Source of the DNA: Planctomycetota bacterium
Lineage (GTDB): Bacteria > Planctomycetota > PLA2 > JAEUHO01
DNA length: 64,000 nt
Assembly (NCBI GenBank): GCA_965222115.1
Contig: CBDCTJ010000007.1
Span: forward strand, 2,784,001 to 2,848,000
Direction of reading: 5' to 3'
Under the pieces are notes generated by a model. It was not told where the DNA came from and made no database searches. It was given only the letters and a program-made list of their open reading frames with translations. The position numbers and the translations under genes were made by a program. Shown piece by piece: positions 30,905 to 38,528 of this stretch. Positions within the stretch are counted from its first letter, which is position 1. Each line of letters begins with the position of its first letter.

Positions 30905-31029
30905 CCGTTTCCCCTTACCCCGTATACCCGTCCCCCGAACTCAAGGATGAATGTTCAACGATCGATTCTTCCAGCGTTTAAGACGTGGACGTGGACGTGG
31001 ACGTGGACGTGGACGTGGACGTGGACGTG
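30905..31029 (-). repeat. Dispersed repeat copy with (GACGTG)8 tract
   Basis: Eight exact hexamers at 30982-31029; reverse strand continues GAATCGATCGTTGAACATTCATCCTTGAGTTCGGG plus a G-rich tail. Confidence 0.88.
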
Positions 31030-31074
31030 TTGGTCCAGTCTGCGCATGTCTTCGATACACGATGCCTCTAGATT

Positions 31075-31389
31075 GGTCCTTCGATGCGCACTACGCGGAT
31101 CAAAGATCCGCTAGTGCTTACTCAGGATCTCCGGTCAATGGGCATAGCCCATTGACCTCCGACACGCCCCTTGAGGTTGAGATATCGCGTGTTGTAGGAA
31201 TCGACCCGTACACACCTCAGAAATTGAGACTATCTCAGGGGACCGCGCCTAAGGGAGACTCCATCTAGATTAGGCGTCAACATCGAATGGCGCGTGTCGG
31301 AGACAAGGAGGGTCGAAGACCCGACGTAGTCGGAGATCCTGAGTAAGTCCAAGCGGACCAAGGGTCCGCGCTGGACGCATCGAAGGGCC
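31075..31389. ncRNA. Candidate large structured ncRNA or ssDNA element, family unknown
   Basis: Nested long-range helices 31075-31088/31376-31389, 31117-31133/31331-31347 and 31157-31167/31292-31302, plus side hairpins; no convincing ORF; strand unresolved. Confidence 0.65.
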
Positions 31390-31448
31390 GAACTACGAAT
31401 TTCGTAAGTCACACGGAGACGATGAACTTGATACGTCAAATGGGCTAG

Positions 31449-32573
31449 TCAGACGTCATGAACCGTCCCAAGCGCCACAGCGCGTGTCGCGCCGGTTGCA
31501 CTCGGTAAGTTTCCGGGAAGCCCCAGGAGCCGTCGATCAGCAAGCAACGCAAAGCCCACGGCCTCTTTGGCGTCAATCCACGCATCGGGAAGCGTTCGAG
31601 TTTCGATGTCGAGCGCGCTCAGCTTCTCACTGATGCACTCCATCAGATAGCCATTGCGACAACCCCCACCGCTAAACAGAAGTCTTCTGAGTTCCTGATG
31701 ACGAATGAGCACATGGTTCTCAATGCCATCGCGGAGAACTTCGGCTGTGAATTCGGTTGCAGTCGCCACTAGAACTTCGGGAGGCACGTCAGGATGCTTA
31801 CGCTTGATTGCCTGAACGAGTGCGGGGCCAAACGTGTCGTAGCCCGCGCTCTTGGGCGGCGACGCAGCAATCCACTTCGCCCGCGACGTATAGAGTGACA
31901 ACAAGACATCTTCCGAAACTGTTGTTGCGCGTGCTATGGCGCCGTCTTTATCAAATCGAGGATGCCCTTCCGTATCGGATGCGAATGCGTCGATCAGTGC
32001 ATTGGCCGGCCCAATGTCGAAACCCAATACGTCGCTCCGGCGCGGCGTCAATACGGTCATGTTGGCGATACTGCCTAGATTCACACAGCCACGAAGTTCA
32101 TGATCGTCACGATAAAGCAACCAATCCACTAGGGGAATGAGCGGCGCGCCCTCGCCCCCCTCCGCAATGTCACGCGGGCGAAAGTCACACACCGTGCGAA
32201 TCTTCGTGCGGGCCGCCAAGATGTCACCGCGCCCAATCTGAAGTGTGCGTGCAGGTGCTTCGGCAGTCTTTGGTTGGTGAAAGAGCGTTTGTCCGTGGCT
32301 TCCTATGGCGTGAATGTCGCGATAGGTGGTCCCAGCACGTTCGAGAAACTCAAGTACCCACTGGCTCCAACACTCTGCTAAGTCGAAATCCAAGAGCGAA
32401 ACGTCTTCAACGGTTCCAGAACGTGCACGTTGCATTCGTGCTCGAAGTTGCGCGTCATAATCTCGAGTGTCATGAGCAACGAGGTCGACTTGAGGCCGTT
32501 CAGGCGCTCCTTGGATGCGCACAAGCGCGAGATCGAGCCCGTCCATGCTCATACCCGACATGAGCCCCACCAC
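31449..32573 (-). CDS. anmK: Anhydro-N-acetylmuramic acid kinase
   Basis: GLMSGMSMDG, GSHGQT, GGEGAPL, FDIGPAN, KEAVGFA, NLPSATGA; start uncertain (GTG at 32573 chosen). Confidence 0.9.
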   Translation of the reverse strand: MVGLMSGMSMDGLDLALVRIQGAPERPQVDLVAHDTRDYDAQLRARMQRARSGTVEDVSLLDFDLAECWSQWVLEFLERAGTTYRDIHAIGSHGQTLFHQPKTAEAPARTLQIGRGDILAARTKIRTVCDFRPRDIAEGGEGAPLIPLVDWLLYRDDHELRGCVNLGSIANMTVLTPRRSDVLGFDIGPANALIDAFASDTEGHPRFDKDGAIARATTVSEDVLLSLYTSRAKWIAASPPKSAGYDTFGPALVQAIKRKHPDVPPEVLVATATEFTAEVLRDGIENHVLIRHQELRRLLFSGGGCRNGYLMECISEKLSALDIETRTLPDAWIDAKEAVGFALLADRRLLGLPGNLPSATGATRAVALGTVHDV

Positions 32574-32661
32574 GAGTCGAGGCGCTATGTCCTCGGAAGC
32601 GCTACCAGCATTTGTGGGTGCGAATGACAGCGTGAGTCTCCGGTTGCGGTACGGTGTCGCT

Positions 32662-33204
32662 ATGAAAGCAACCGTAGTCGCTGTCCACAAGAGCCCCACA
32701 CACCAAATCTCAAAGTCCACTGCAGCGTCCATCAAGCTCATCGAGGAATTTGGCGTGGAAGGTGACGTGCATGCCGGCCCTACCGTGAAGCATCGCTCGC
32801 GGGCCGCGAAGCACCCGGAGCTCAAGAATCTGCGTCAAGTGCATCTCATGCATGCGGAGTTGTTTGATGAACTCGCAGCCCAGGGGCACCAGGTGCTGCC
32901 CGGACAAATGGGTGAGAACGTGACAGTCAAGGGTGTTGCGTTGCTGGATCTACCGCGAGGAACACGCCTACGTATTGGACCTCATGCGGAGGTCGAACTC
33001 ACGGGTCTACGAAATCCTTGTTCGCAGCTCGACGGACTTTCTCCGGGGCTGAAAGAAGCGGTACTTGAGAAAACACCCGAGGGCGGACTGCTGCGCAAGA
33101 CCGGAGTCATGGCAGTCGTCATCCATGGTGGCGTGGTGAAAACGGACGATTTGGTTCAGGTCGCGCTTCCGGATGGCACGCCGAGACCACTTGAGCCCGT
33201 GTAG
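32662..33204 (+). CDS. MOSC domain protein
   Basis: GVEGDVHAG, NLRQVHL, MGENVT, RNPC, GVMAVV..GG. Confidence 0.9.
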   Translation: MKATVVAVHKSPTHQISKSTAASIKLIEEFGVEGDVHAGPTVKHRSRAAKHPELKNLRQVHLMHAELFDELAAQGHQVLPGQMGENVTVKGVALLDLPRGTRLRIGPHAEVELTGLRNPCSQLDGLSPGLKEAVLEKTPEGGLLRKTGVMAVVIHGGVVKTDDLVQVALPDGTPRPLEPV

Positions 33205-33273
33205 TCCTCCGGCGCCCAGGAATGACGCAACAAATCCCTCACCGAATGAACCCGCCGCCCCGATAGTGCGCGC

Positions 33274-34215
33274 ATGCCGCTCTACCAGACGATTTTGTTT
33301 CTCATCGCTGGTGCCATACTTCTCTGGAAGGGCGGCGATCTCCTCGTTGCAGGTGCCGTGCGCCTCGGCAATGCGATGGGTGTCTCGCCGGGCATGGCGG
33401 GCGTGTTTATCTTGGGATTCGGCACTTCGTTTCCCGAACTCGTTGTCAGCTCCCTCGCAGCCTACAAGGGTGATGGAGCCATAGCAATCGGCAATGTCAT
33501 TGGGAGCAACATTGCGAATGTAGGGTTGATTCTTGGCGCCACTGCATTGATTGCGACGGTTCCGGTAAACCGTTTCATCTTGAAGCTTGAGATTCCGGTC
33601 TGCCTCTTGGCAAGTTTTCTAGCGCTCTATCTCGTCCGGGATGGCTCGTTGGTTCGCCATGAAGCTCTCATCTTGCTCGGCGCCTTTGCGGTCTACGCCA
33701 TCTTCGCCATTTTGACGAGCGACAAACGCGACACCCCCGAGCCCGACGAAACGACCGATCACCGCGTGCCCTGGAATATCGTTCTCACCGTGTTGGGATT
33801 GGCGGCAGTACTCGGTGGCGCCTCACTGTTCTTAGAAGGCGCAGTGGATGTGGCCGAACGTCTCGGCATGAGCAAAGCCGTGATTGGCGAAACCGTTGTT
33901 GCCCTGGGAACCAGTCTTCCGGAACTTGGTGCCGCTCTAGCCGCGGCACGCGCCAACCAGCTCCACATGGCGCTTGGTAATGTCATTGGTAGCAACATCT
34001 TCAACTTGTTGCTCGTCTTGGGCGCCGCGGGATCGTTCGCCAACCAATCCGTGGGCAGCGATCAGATCAACATCTCTTTCCCCATTATGATTGCGCTCGC
34101 AGCCGTCCCGCTCGTCGTAGGCGCCGCGCGTCGCGCTATAGGACGTGCGACGGGCGTACTGCTCCTGATGGCCTACATAGGCTTCATCGTGTATTCGGCG
34201 TTGCAGGTAGCGTAG
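33274..34215 (+). CDS. Ca2+/Na+ antiporter (YrbG-like)
   Basis: Two alpha-repeats GTSFPEL/GTSLPEL with GNVIGSNI. Confidence 0.92.
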   Translation: MPLYQTILFLIAGAILLWKGGDLLVAGAVRLGNAMGVSPGMAGVFILGFGTSFPELVVSSLAAYKGDGAIAIGNVIGSNIANVGLILGATALIATVPVNRFILKLEIPVCLLASFLALYLVRDGSLVRHEALILLGAFAVYAIFAILTSDKRDTPEPDETTDHRVPWNIVLTVLGLAAVLGGASLFLEGAVDVAERLGMSKAVIGETVVALGTSLPELGAALAAARANQLHMALGNVIGSNIFNLLLVLGAAGSFANQSVGSDQINISFPIMIALAAVPLVVGAARRAIGRATGVLLLMAYIGFIVYSALQVA

Positions 34216-34250
34216 AGGGGTGCGACTCCGAGCTACGGCGTGCACAATGA

Positions 34251-36440
34251 TCACCTATCTCGTTCTCGCGCCTCTTCGAATCTGCGCTTGAGCAACGCGG
34301 CGCTCTGCGCCGAACCTGATTCGATATCAGGGTTGTATTTAAGCTGTGGAGTTACAATCTCCACTTCGCCCGCTGCAAGTGGGGGCTGTACATAGCCATA
34401 CGCCTCGTGATCCATCGCATGTATGCCGACGTCGATCGTGGTATCGGCATGAACTAGGAAGATGGGCAGTTCCTCATCACTTGGAAGCCGAATGGATGTT
34501 AGCGAATCCGCCAGTAAATCATCCGTCCAGAAGTGACCATTCGTACGCCTGCCACCGAAATTGAGGAACAACTTCTGGAGCGTGATTCCGGTCGTCGAAT
34601 TTGCGCGCACCGCCAAGCCAGCCACACGGGTTGGCACCGAGATCAGTAAGTTTCGACCAGCAACATCCACTTCGAATCGAAATCGCGGGCCCATTCTCGA
34701 TACAAGTGTGGCGCTCCCATATCCCCCCTTCAATTCACCTTCATATGTACCTGTTGGTAGTGCTAGTTTCCTAACCGTTCTTCCTTGGTCAAACTCGACG
34801 AGTATAGGGCTTGGATGCTCACCGTTGCGGCTTAATTGAAGAATTGCAGGTCCGGTGTACCCGATGCCTTGGCCCAATTTGACAGCGAAGTCAAGTTCAG
34901 CTGTCTCATGCAGTCCTAATTTTGACAACTCCACAACGATTCGGTTGCCGGAGGTCTTACTTGTTTCGAGTCTGTGTTGACTAATTAGGATTTCGCGAGA
35001 TTTGTATCCCGGCGCCCGTACCCAGACTTTAGAAGACTTGACAACTCTGACCATTGGAAAGTACAGACGTCCCGCCTCGAGAAACTGCTCTTTCGCACGC
35101 CACATGTTGGTGTCACGTGACGTGCCGCCACCGGGACTGATGATGAAGCCTGCTGTCGCGACGCGTTGCTTAGTATCGGCATCTACGACTATGAGGTCAA
35201 TGGACGAAATTTGTTCGAGAACAGCCCGAACCGGTGTCTCACTTCCGGGTCGAACAAGTGGTTCGTAGCGCTTCCCCGTGCGGCCAACCGATGACCAGCC
35301 CCGCTTCCAAACTCTCACAACTACCTCAGCTTCCGAGCCGCAGCGCACCTCAAAGGAACCATCCTCAGCGGAACGTGTACGGACAAGATCCGGCACGCCC
35401 TCTGGTGAAAATGGCCCCGTTCGCCCGCGCGCAAATTCACTAGCTCGCACCCTGCCCACTTCAACGTGTGCTCCCTGCACGGGACGGCCTCTCGCAGACA
35501 CGACCAATCCATGTACGCGATAGGATCCGCGATCAAGTTCAACCACAATGTCGTCATGAATCTGTTCTAGTGAACTCAACGCTACGCACTTAGGGAGAAA
35601 ACCGTCGCACCAAACCGCAACTGAGCGAGGTTTTCGACCTTCCACCATAGAGAACTTCGCCTCACCATCCACACTACTCTTAATCGGGCCGGATGCGGGC
35701 CCTCCATCCCACTGCAAGTATACGCTCGCTCCCTCAATCGTTGATTTATCCTTGGCGTCAACTACCCGTATTTGAAACATACGTTCTTGAACGTTATCGA
35801 CTCGCTCTTCTTTCATAGCCTTGCTTGAGGCATAACCAGTCGCGCGCACGGGAGCGCGCAGCGCTGGAATGTCATCGGGATCCCGAGGTCGCAATTGCGC
35901 GACACTGCTGTCAGCCAACCGCTTGATTTCGGCACGCTTTCCCGAAACTGAGAACTGGTGCGTGAACGCAATAACTACGAGTATAGCCAACAGAGCTAAG
36001 GCGCTAACCCTTGTCCCAATTCGGCCTCCCCCACGAATTGACGAGTCTGGACTATGTAGTTGCAGGGCGAACCCAGTAGCCAGGAGCATTAGACCTGACA
36101 ATAGAGAGTGCATCAGCGGGGTCAGGCTAGCAATGCGTCCTGCGCAGCCGCAAACCACGGATGGCTGTATAACGCTCCAAGCCGCATAGGCAATCAACAT
36201 CACACCCGAGCAAACCAAGGCTAGTTGACGAGGCGACGCTTTGCCCAATAAAGACGCTTTGCCCAATAAAATAGCGAGCCCGACGACAACTTCAAATCCT
36301 ATAGTCAGACTCGTCGCGAACAACGCCACATCCGAATCTAACCAATCACCAAGTGTGCCGTCTGCCTTCGGATCCCCAATCTTCGCCAGTCCGAGCAGAA
36401 TCCACGAAGCGCCCAAGACGGAACAAATTGCGTTCTGCAT
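34251..36440 (-). CDS. MauE/DoxX-like membrane domain fused to carboxypeptidase-regulatory-like beta domains
   Basis: N-terminal TMs with KIGDP, FEVVVG and CGCAG motifs; later VHGLVVSARGRPVQGAHV and TRSAEDGSF segments. Confidence 0.72.
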   Translation of the reverse strand: MQNAICSVLGASWILLGLAKIGDPKADGTLGDWLDSDVALFATSLTIGFEVVVGLAILLGKASLLGKASPRQLALVCSGVMLIAYAAWSVIQPSVVCGCAGRIASLTPLMHSLLSGLMLLATGFALQLHSPDSSIRGGGRIGTRVSALALLAILVVIAFTHQFSVSGKRAEIKRLADSSVAQLRPRDPDDIPALRAPVRATGYASSKAMKEERVDNVQERMFQIRVVDAKDKSTIEGASVYLQWDGGPASGPIKSSVDGEAKFSMVEGRKPRSVAVWCDGFLPKCVALSSLEQIHDDIVVELDRGSYRVHGLVVSARGRPVQGAHVEVGRVRASEFARGRTGPFSPEGVPDLVRTRSAEDGSFEVRCGSEAEVVVRVWKRGWSSVGRTGKRYEPLVRPGSETPVRAVLEQISSIDLIVVDADTKQRVATAGFIISPGGGTSRDTNMWRAKEQFLEAGRLYFPMVRVVKSSKVWVRAPGYKSREILISQHRLETSKTSGNRIVVELSKLGLHETAELDFAVKLGQGIGYTGPAILQLSRNGEHPSPILVEFDQGRTVRKLALPTGTYEGELKGGYGSATLVSRMGPRFRFEVDVAGRNLLISVPTRVAGLAVRANSTTGITLQKLFLNFGGRRTNGHFWTDDLLADSLTSIRLPSDEELPIFLVHADTTIDVGIHAMDHEAYGYVQPPLAAGEVEIVTPQLKYNPDIESGSAQSAALLKRRFEEARERDR

Positions 36441-36462
36441 AACTCCCCCTTCACCGCTGAAG

Positions 36463-36498
36463 ATGGGGGCACGAATCCATCATGGCACCCGTGCCCCC
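36463..36498 (-). terminator. GC-rich intergenic stem-loop (RNA-stabilising or attenuating)
   Basis: GGGGGCACG...CGTGCCCCC between the Cys-rich gene and the MauE fusion; no poly-U tail. Confidence 0.45.
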
Positions 36499-36556
36499 AG
36501 TACACAATCGCAGTTGCCAGCAAATCCAGATTAGTCAGGCCGCTAACGCCCTCATC

Positions 36557-36965
36557 TCATGGGCCACCAGGACACCAGCAAGACATCCGCTCAACACCTG
36601 GATCAACGACAGTCCATCCTTCGGCACAGTCATCAGGGCAGCCGATGTCCTTGCATTCGACAGCGGTTGGCGTTCCACCCTGCGAGCCGGTCCCCGTCGT
36701 CATTGTCTTGCAAGGATCGCCCGCGTTTGAAAGACTGCATTTGCAGTAATACAAATTGCCAATGACCTGGGTCGTACAAGACCCGGCTGTGGCTGGTGTA
36801 CACGCACCACTGGGACAAGAATATGCGATCCAATAGTTCCAATTTGTAGGGTTTCCAGACCTGTACACGGTCATCTCACAGCTAGAATCAGCCCAAGCCT
36901 CCTTGGCCACTCCAATGACACATGTGGCTAGGCCGATTGCGATAATGAGAGCTTTCGGTTTTCAT
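36557..36965 (-). CDS. Secreted Cys-rich miniprotein (12 Cys in mature part); 5' end frameshifted
   Basis: Frame upstream of 36910 reads KPKALIIAIGLATCVIGVAKEAWA (signal peptide), but the nearest ATGs (36965, 36978) are out of frame; AAGGAGG RBS near 36984-36990. Confidence 0.75.
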
Positions 36966-37009
36966 CGCGTCGAAACATAGAATCCTCCTTTCGATTTGGG
37001 ATGAGAAGT

Positions 37010-37037
37010 ATAATAACATGAAGTACCCGGAAAGCAA
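37010..37037 (-). promoter_or_regulatory. Putative sigma70 promoter of the Cys-rich gene
   Basis: TTGCTT-N16-TATTAT with an extended-10 TG on the minus strand. Confidence 0.4.
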
Positions 37038-37346
37038 ACCTCATTCGAATCGAGGATATATTTCACCTTTGGAGCGAATTTTCGTACGCCAAGAGATAGG
37101 CGGATCCCTATCAGAGATTCGTTGGCGCATCTTCTGCAGTCGTCGGCGCACAGGGTAAAAGCAGAACCAACGCGAGGGAAATACCAATCGATACGCGGGC
37201 AAGTGTCAAAGCTCGTTCCTCCAGGGCACAAAGTATGAGCAACGACTCAAAATCCGTCGAGAAGGACGACCGCCCCAATCTGCTTGCAGGTGCGGACGCC
37301 ACTCATGCCGCTCGGCGTGACCTGCAATGCTGTGCGGAACGGTTTT

Positions 37347-37784
37347 CTAGATACCCACAATCTGTACCACCACCCTTCGCCGATGCGGCCTCACGCGATG
37401 CTCCACCAGATAGATGCTCTGCCATGTTCCTAATGCCAACTCACCATTCACGATTGGAACCTGCAACGACGTCTGAGTGATTGCCGTGCGGATGTGGGCA
37501 GGCATGTCGTCGGGGCCTTCGTCGCGGTGGGTGTAGGCGGGGTCGCCGTCAGGGGCAACTCGCAGGAACCATGCCATCAAGTCGTCCTGCACGCGCGGAT
37601 CGGCGTTCTCTTGAATCAGGAGGCTGCATGACGTGTGGCGGCAGAAGAGGGTGACGAAGCCCGATTTGAATGTGCTCTTTCGTACCTCGTGAGTGACTTG
37701 TCGATCTAGGGAGAAGAATCCACGTCCCGACGTCTCGATGTGCAAGGTGTTTTGATGGAGCTGCAGGGCGAGTGGGTCGTGCAT
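37347..37784 (-). CDS. yjbQ: YjbQ/UPF0047 family protein
   Basis: HTSCSLLIQENADP, EGPDDMPAHIR, LGTWQSIYLVEHR. Confidence 0.92.
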   Translation of the reverse strand: MHDPLALQLHQNTLHIETSGRGFFSLDRQVTHEVRKSTFKSGFVTLFCRHTSCSLLIQENADPRVQDDLMAWFLRVAPDGDPAYTHRDEGPDDMPAHIRTAITQTSLQVPIVNGELALGTWQSIYLVEHRVRPHRRRVVVQIVGI

Positions 37785-37852
37785 GGGTTCTCCTTGGCAA
37801 TTCCCATGATGCCGCGGTTGGAGGACGCTCGACCGGAAGGCAGAATGCCGCC

Positions 37853-38470
37853 ATGCTCTTCATCAACTACTTGACCGAGAACCCTGTGTTCTATGTCACC
37901 TGGGTGCTCTGCATCGTGGTCAGTATCGTGCTGCACGAGCTGGGTCACGGCGTGGCGGCTCTTCAACAGGGCGACACGACCCCCCGCGACTTGGGACACA
38001 TGACGCTCAATCCCATGGTTCATATGGGTGGACTCTCCATTGCCATGGTGCTGATCGCGGGCATCGGGTTCGGAATGATGCCGGTCAATCCTCGGCGCTT
38101 CAAGAGCCGCTACGGTGACGCGATTGTGTCATTCGCCGGACCCGCGACCAATCTGATCTTGGCATTTATCTCGTTGACCGTCGCAGGTTTGTGGGTGCGG
38201 TTTACCGGCTACAACATGTCGCTTTCCCACCCACTGATTCTCTTTGGCGGTCTCAATTTCGTACTTTGCCTGTTCAACTTGCTGCCCGTACCGCCGCTCG
38301 ATGGGTCAACGGTGTTGGCCAATTTCAGTCCCGGCTACAAGGCGCTCATTCGGAATCCGGACAATCAGCCGTTCATGATGGGCGCCTTTCTGCTCATCTT
38401 CTACTTTGGGGGACGGATCTTCCAGCCGGCGTTTGACCTCGCAGAGAGCTACGTTCGGCTGCTAGTGTAG
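37853..38470 (+). CDS. Site-2 protease (M50) family
   Basis: HELGH, AGPATN, FNLLPVPPLDG. Confidence 0.92.
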   Translation: MLFINYLTENPVFYVTWVLCIVVSIVLHELGHGVAALQQGDTTPRDLGHMTLNPMVHMGGLSIAMVLIAGIGFGMMPVNPRRFKSRYGDAIVSFAGPATNLILAFISLTVAGLWVRFTGYNMSLSHPLILFGGLNFVLCLFNLLPVPPLDGSTVLANFSPGYKALIRNPDNQPFMMGAFLLIFYFGGRIFQPAFDLAESYVRLLV

Positions 38471-38528
38471 CGCCCGCAACAACAAAAGTCGCGCGATCGG
38501 GGGAGTAGGCGGGCACCATACAGCCGTC

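Noticed and set aside
31075-31389. RNase P RNA, SRP RNA, 6S RNA or hammerhead ribozyme
   Set aside because: No GAGGAAAGUCC, SRP helix-8 or CUGANGA/GAAA core was found by eye on either strand, and it is too long and branched for typical 6S. An Rfam scan is still needed.
31230-31439. 69-aa ORF over the structured element
   Set aside because: No RBS or protein-like features; the sequence is better explained by base-pairing constraints.
32574-32825. Long N-terminal extension of anmK, and the 32515 start of the MOSC gene
   Set aside because: The two extended ORFs overlap on opposite strands; family motifs begin at the shorter starts.
36557-36910. Methylamine dehydrogenase small subunit (MauA)
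   Set aside because: The Cys count matches, but there are no recognisable MauA motifs and no mauB/D/G genes in the window.
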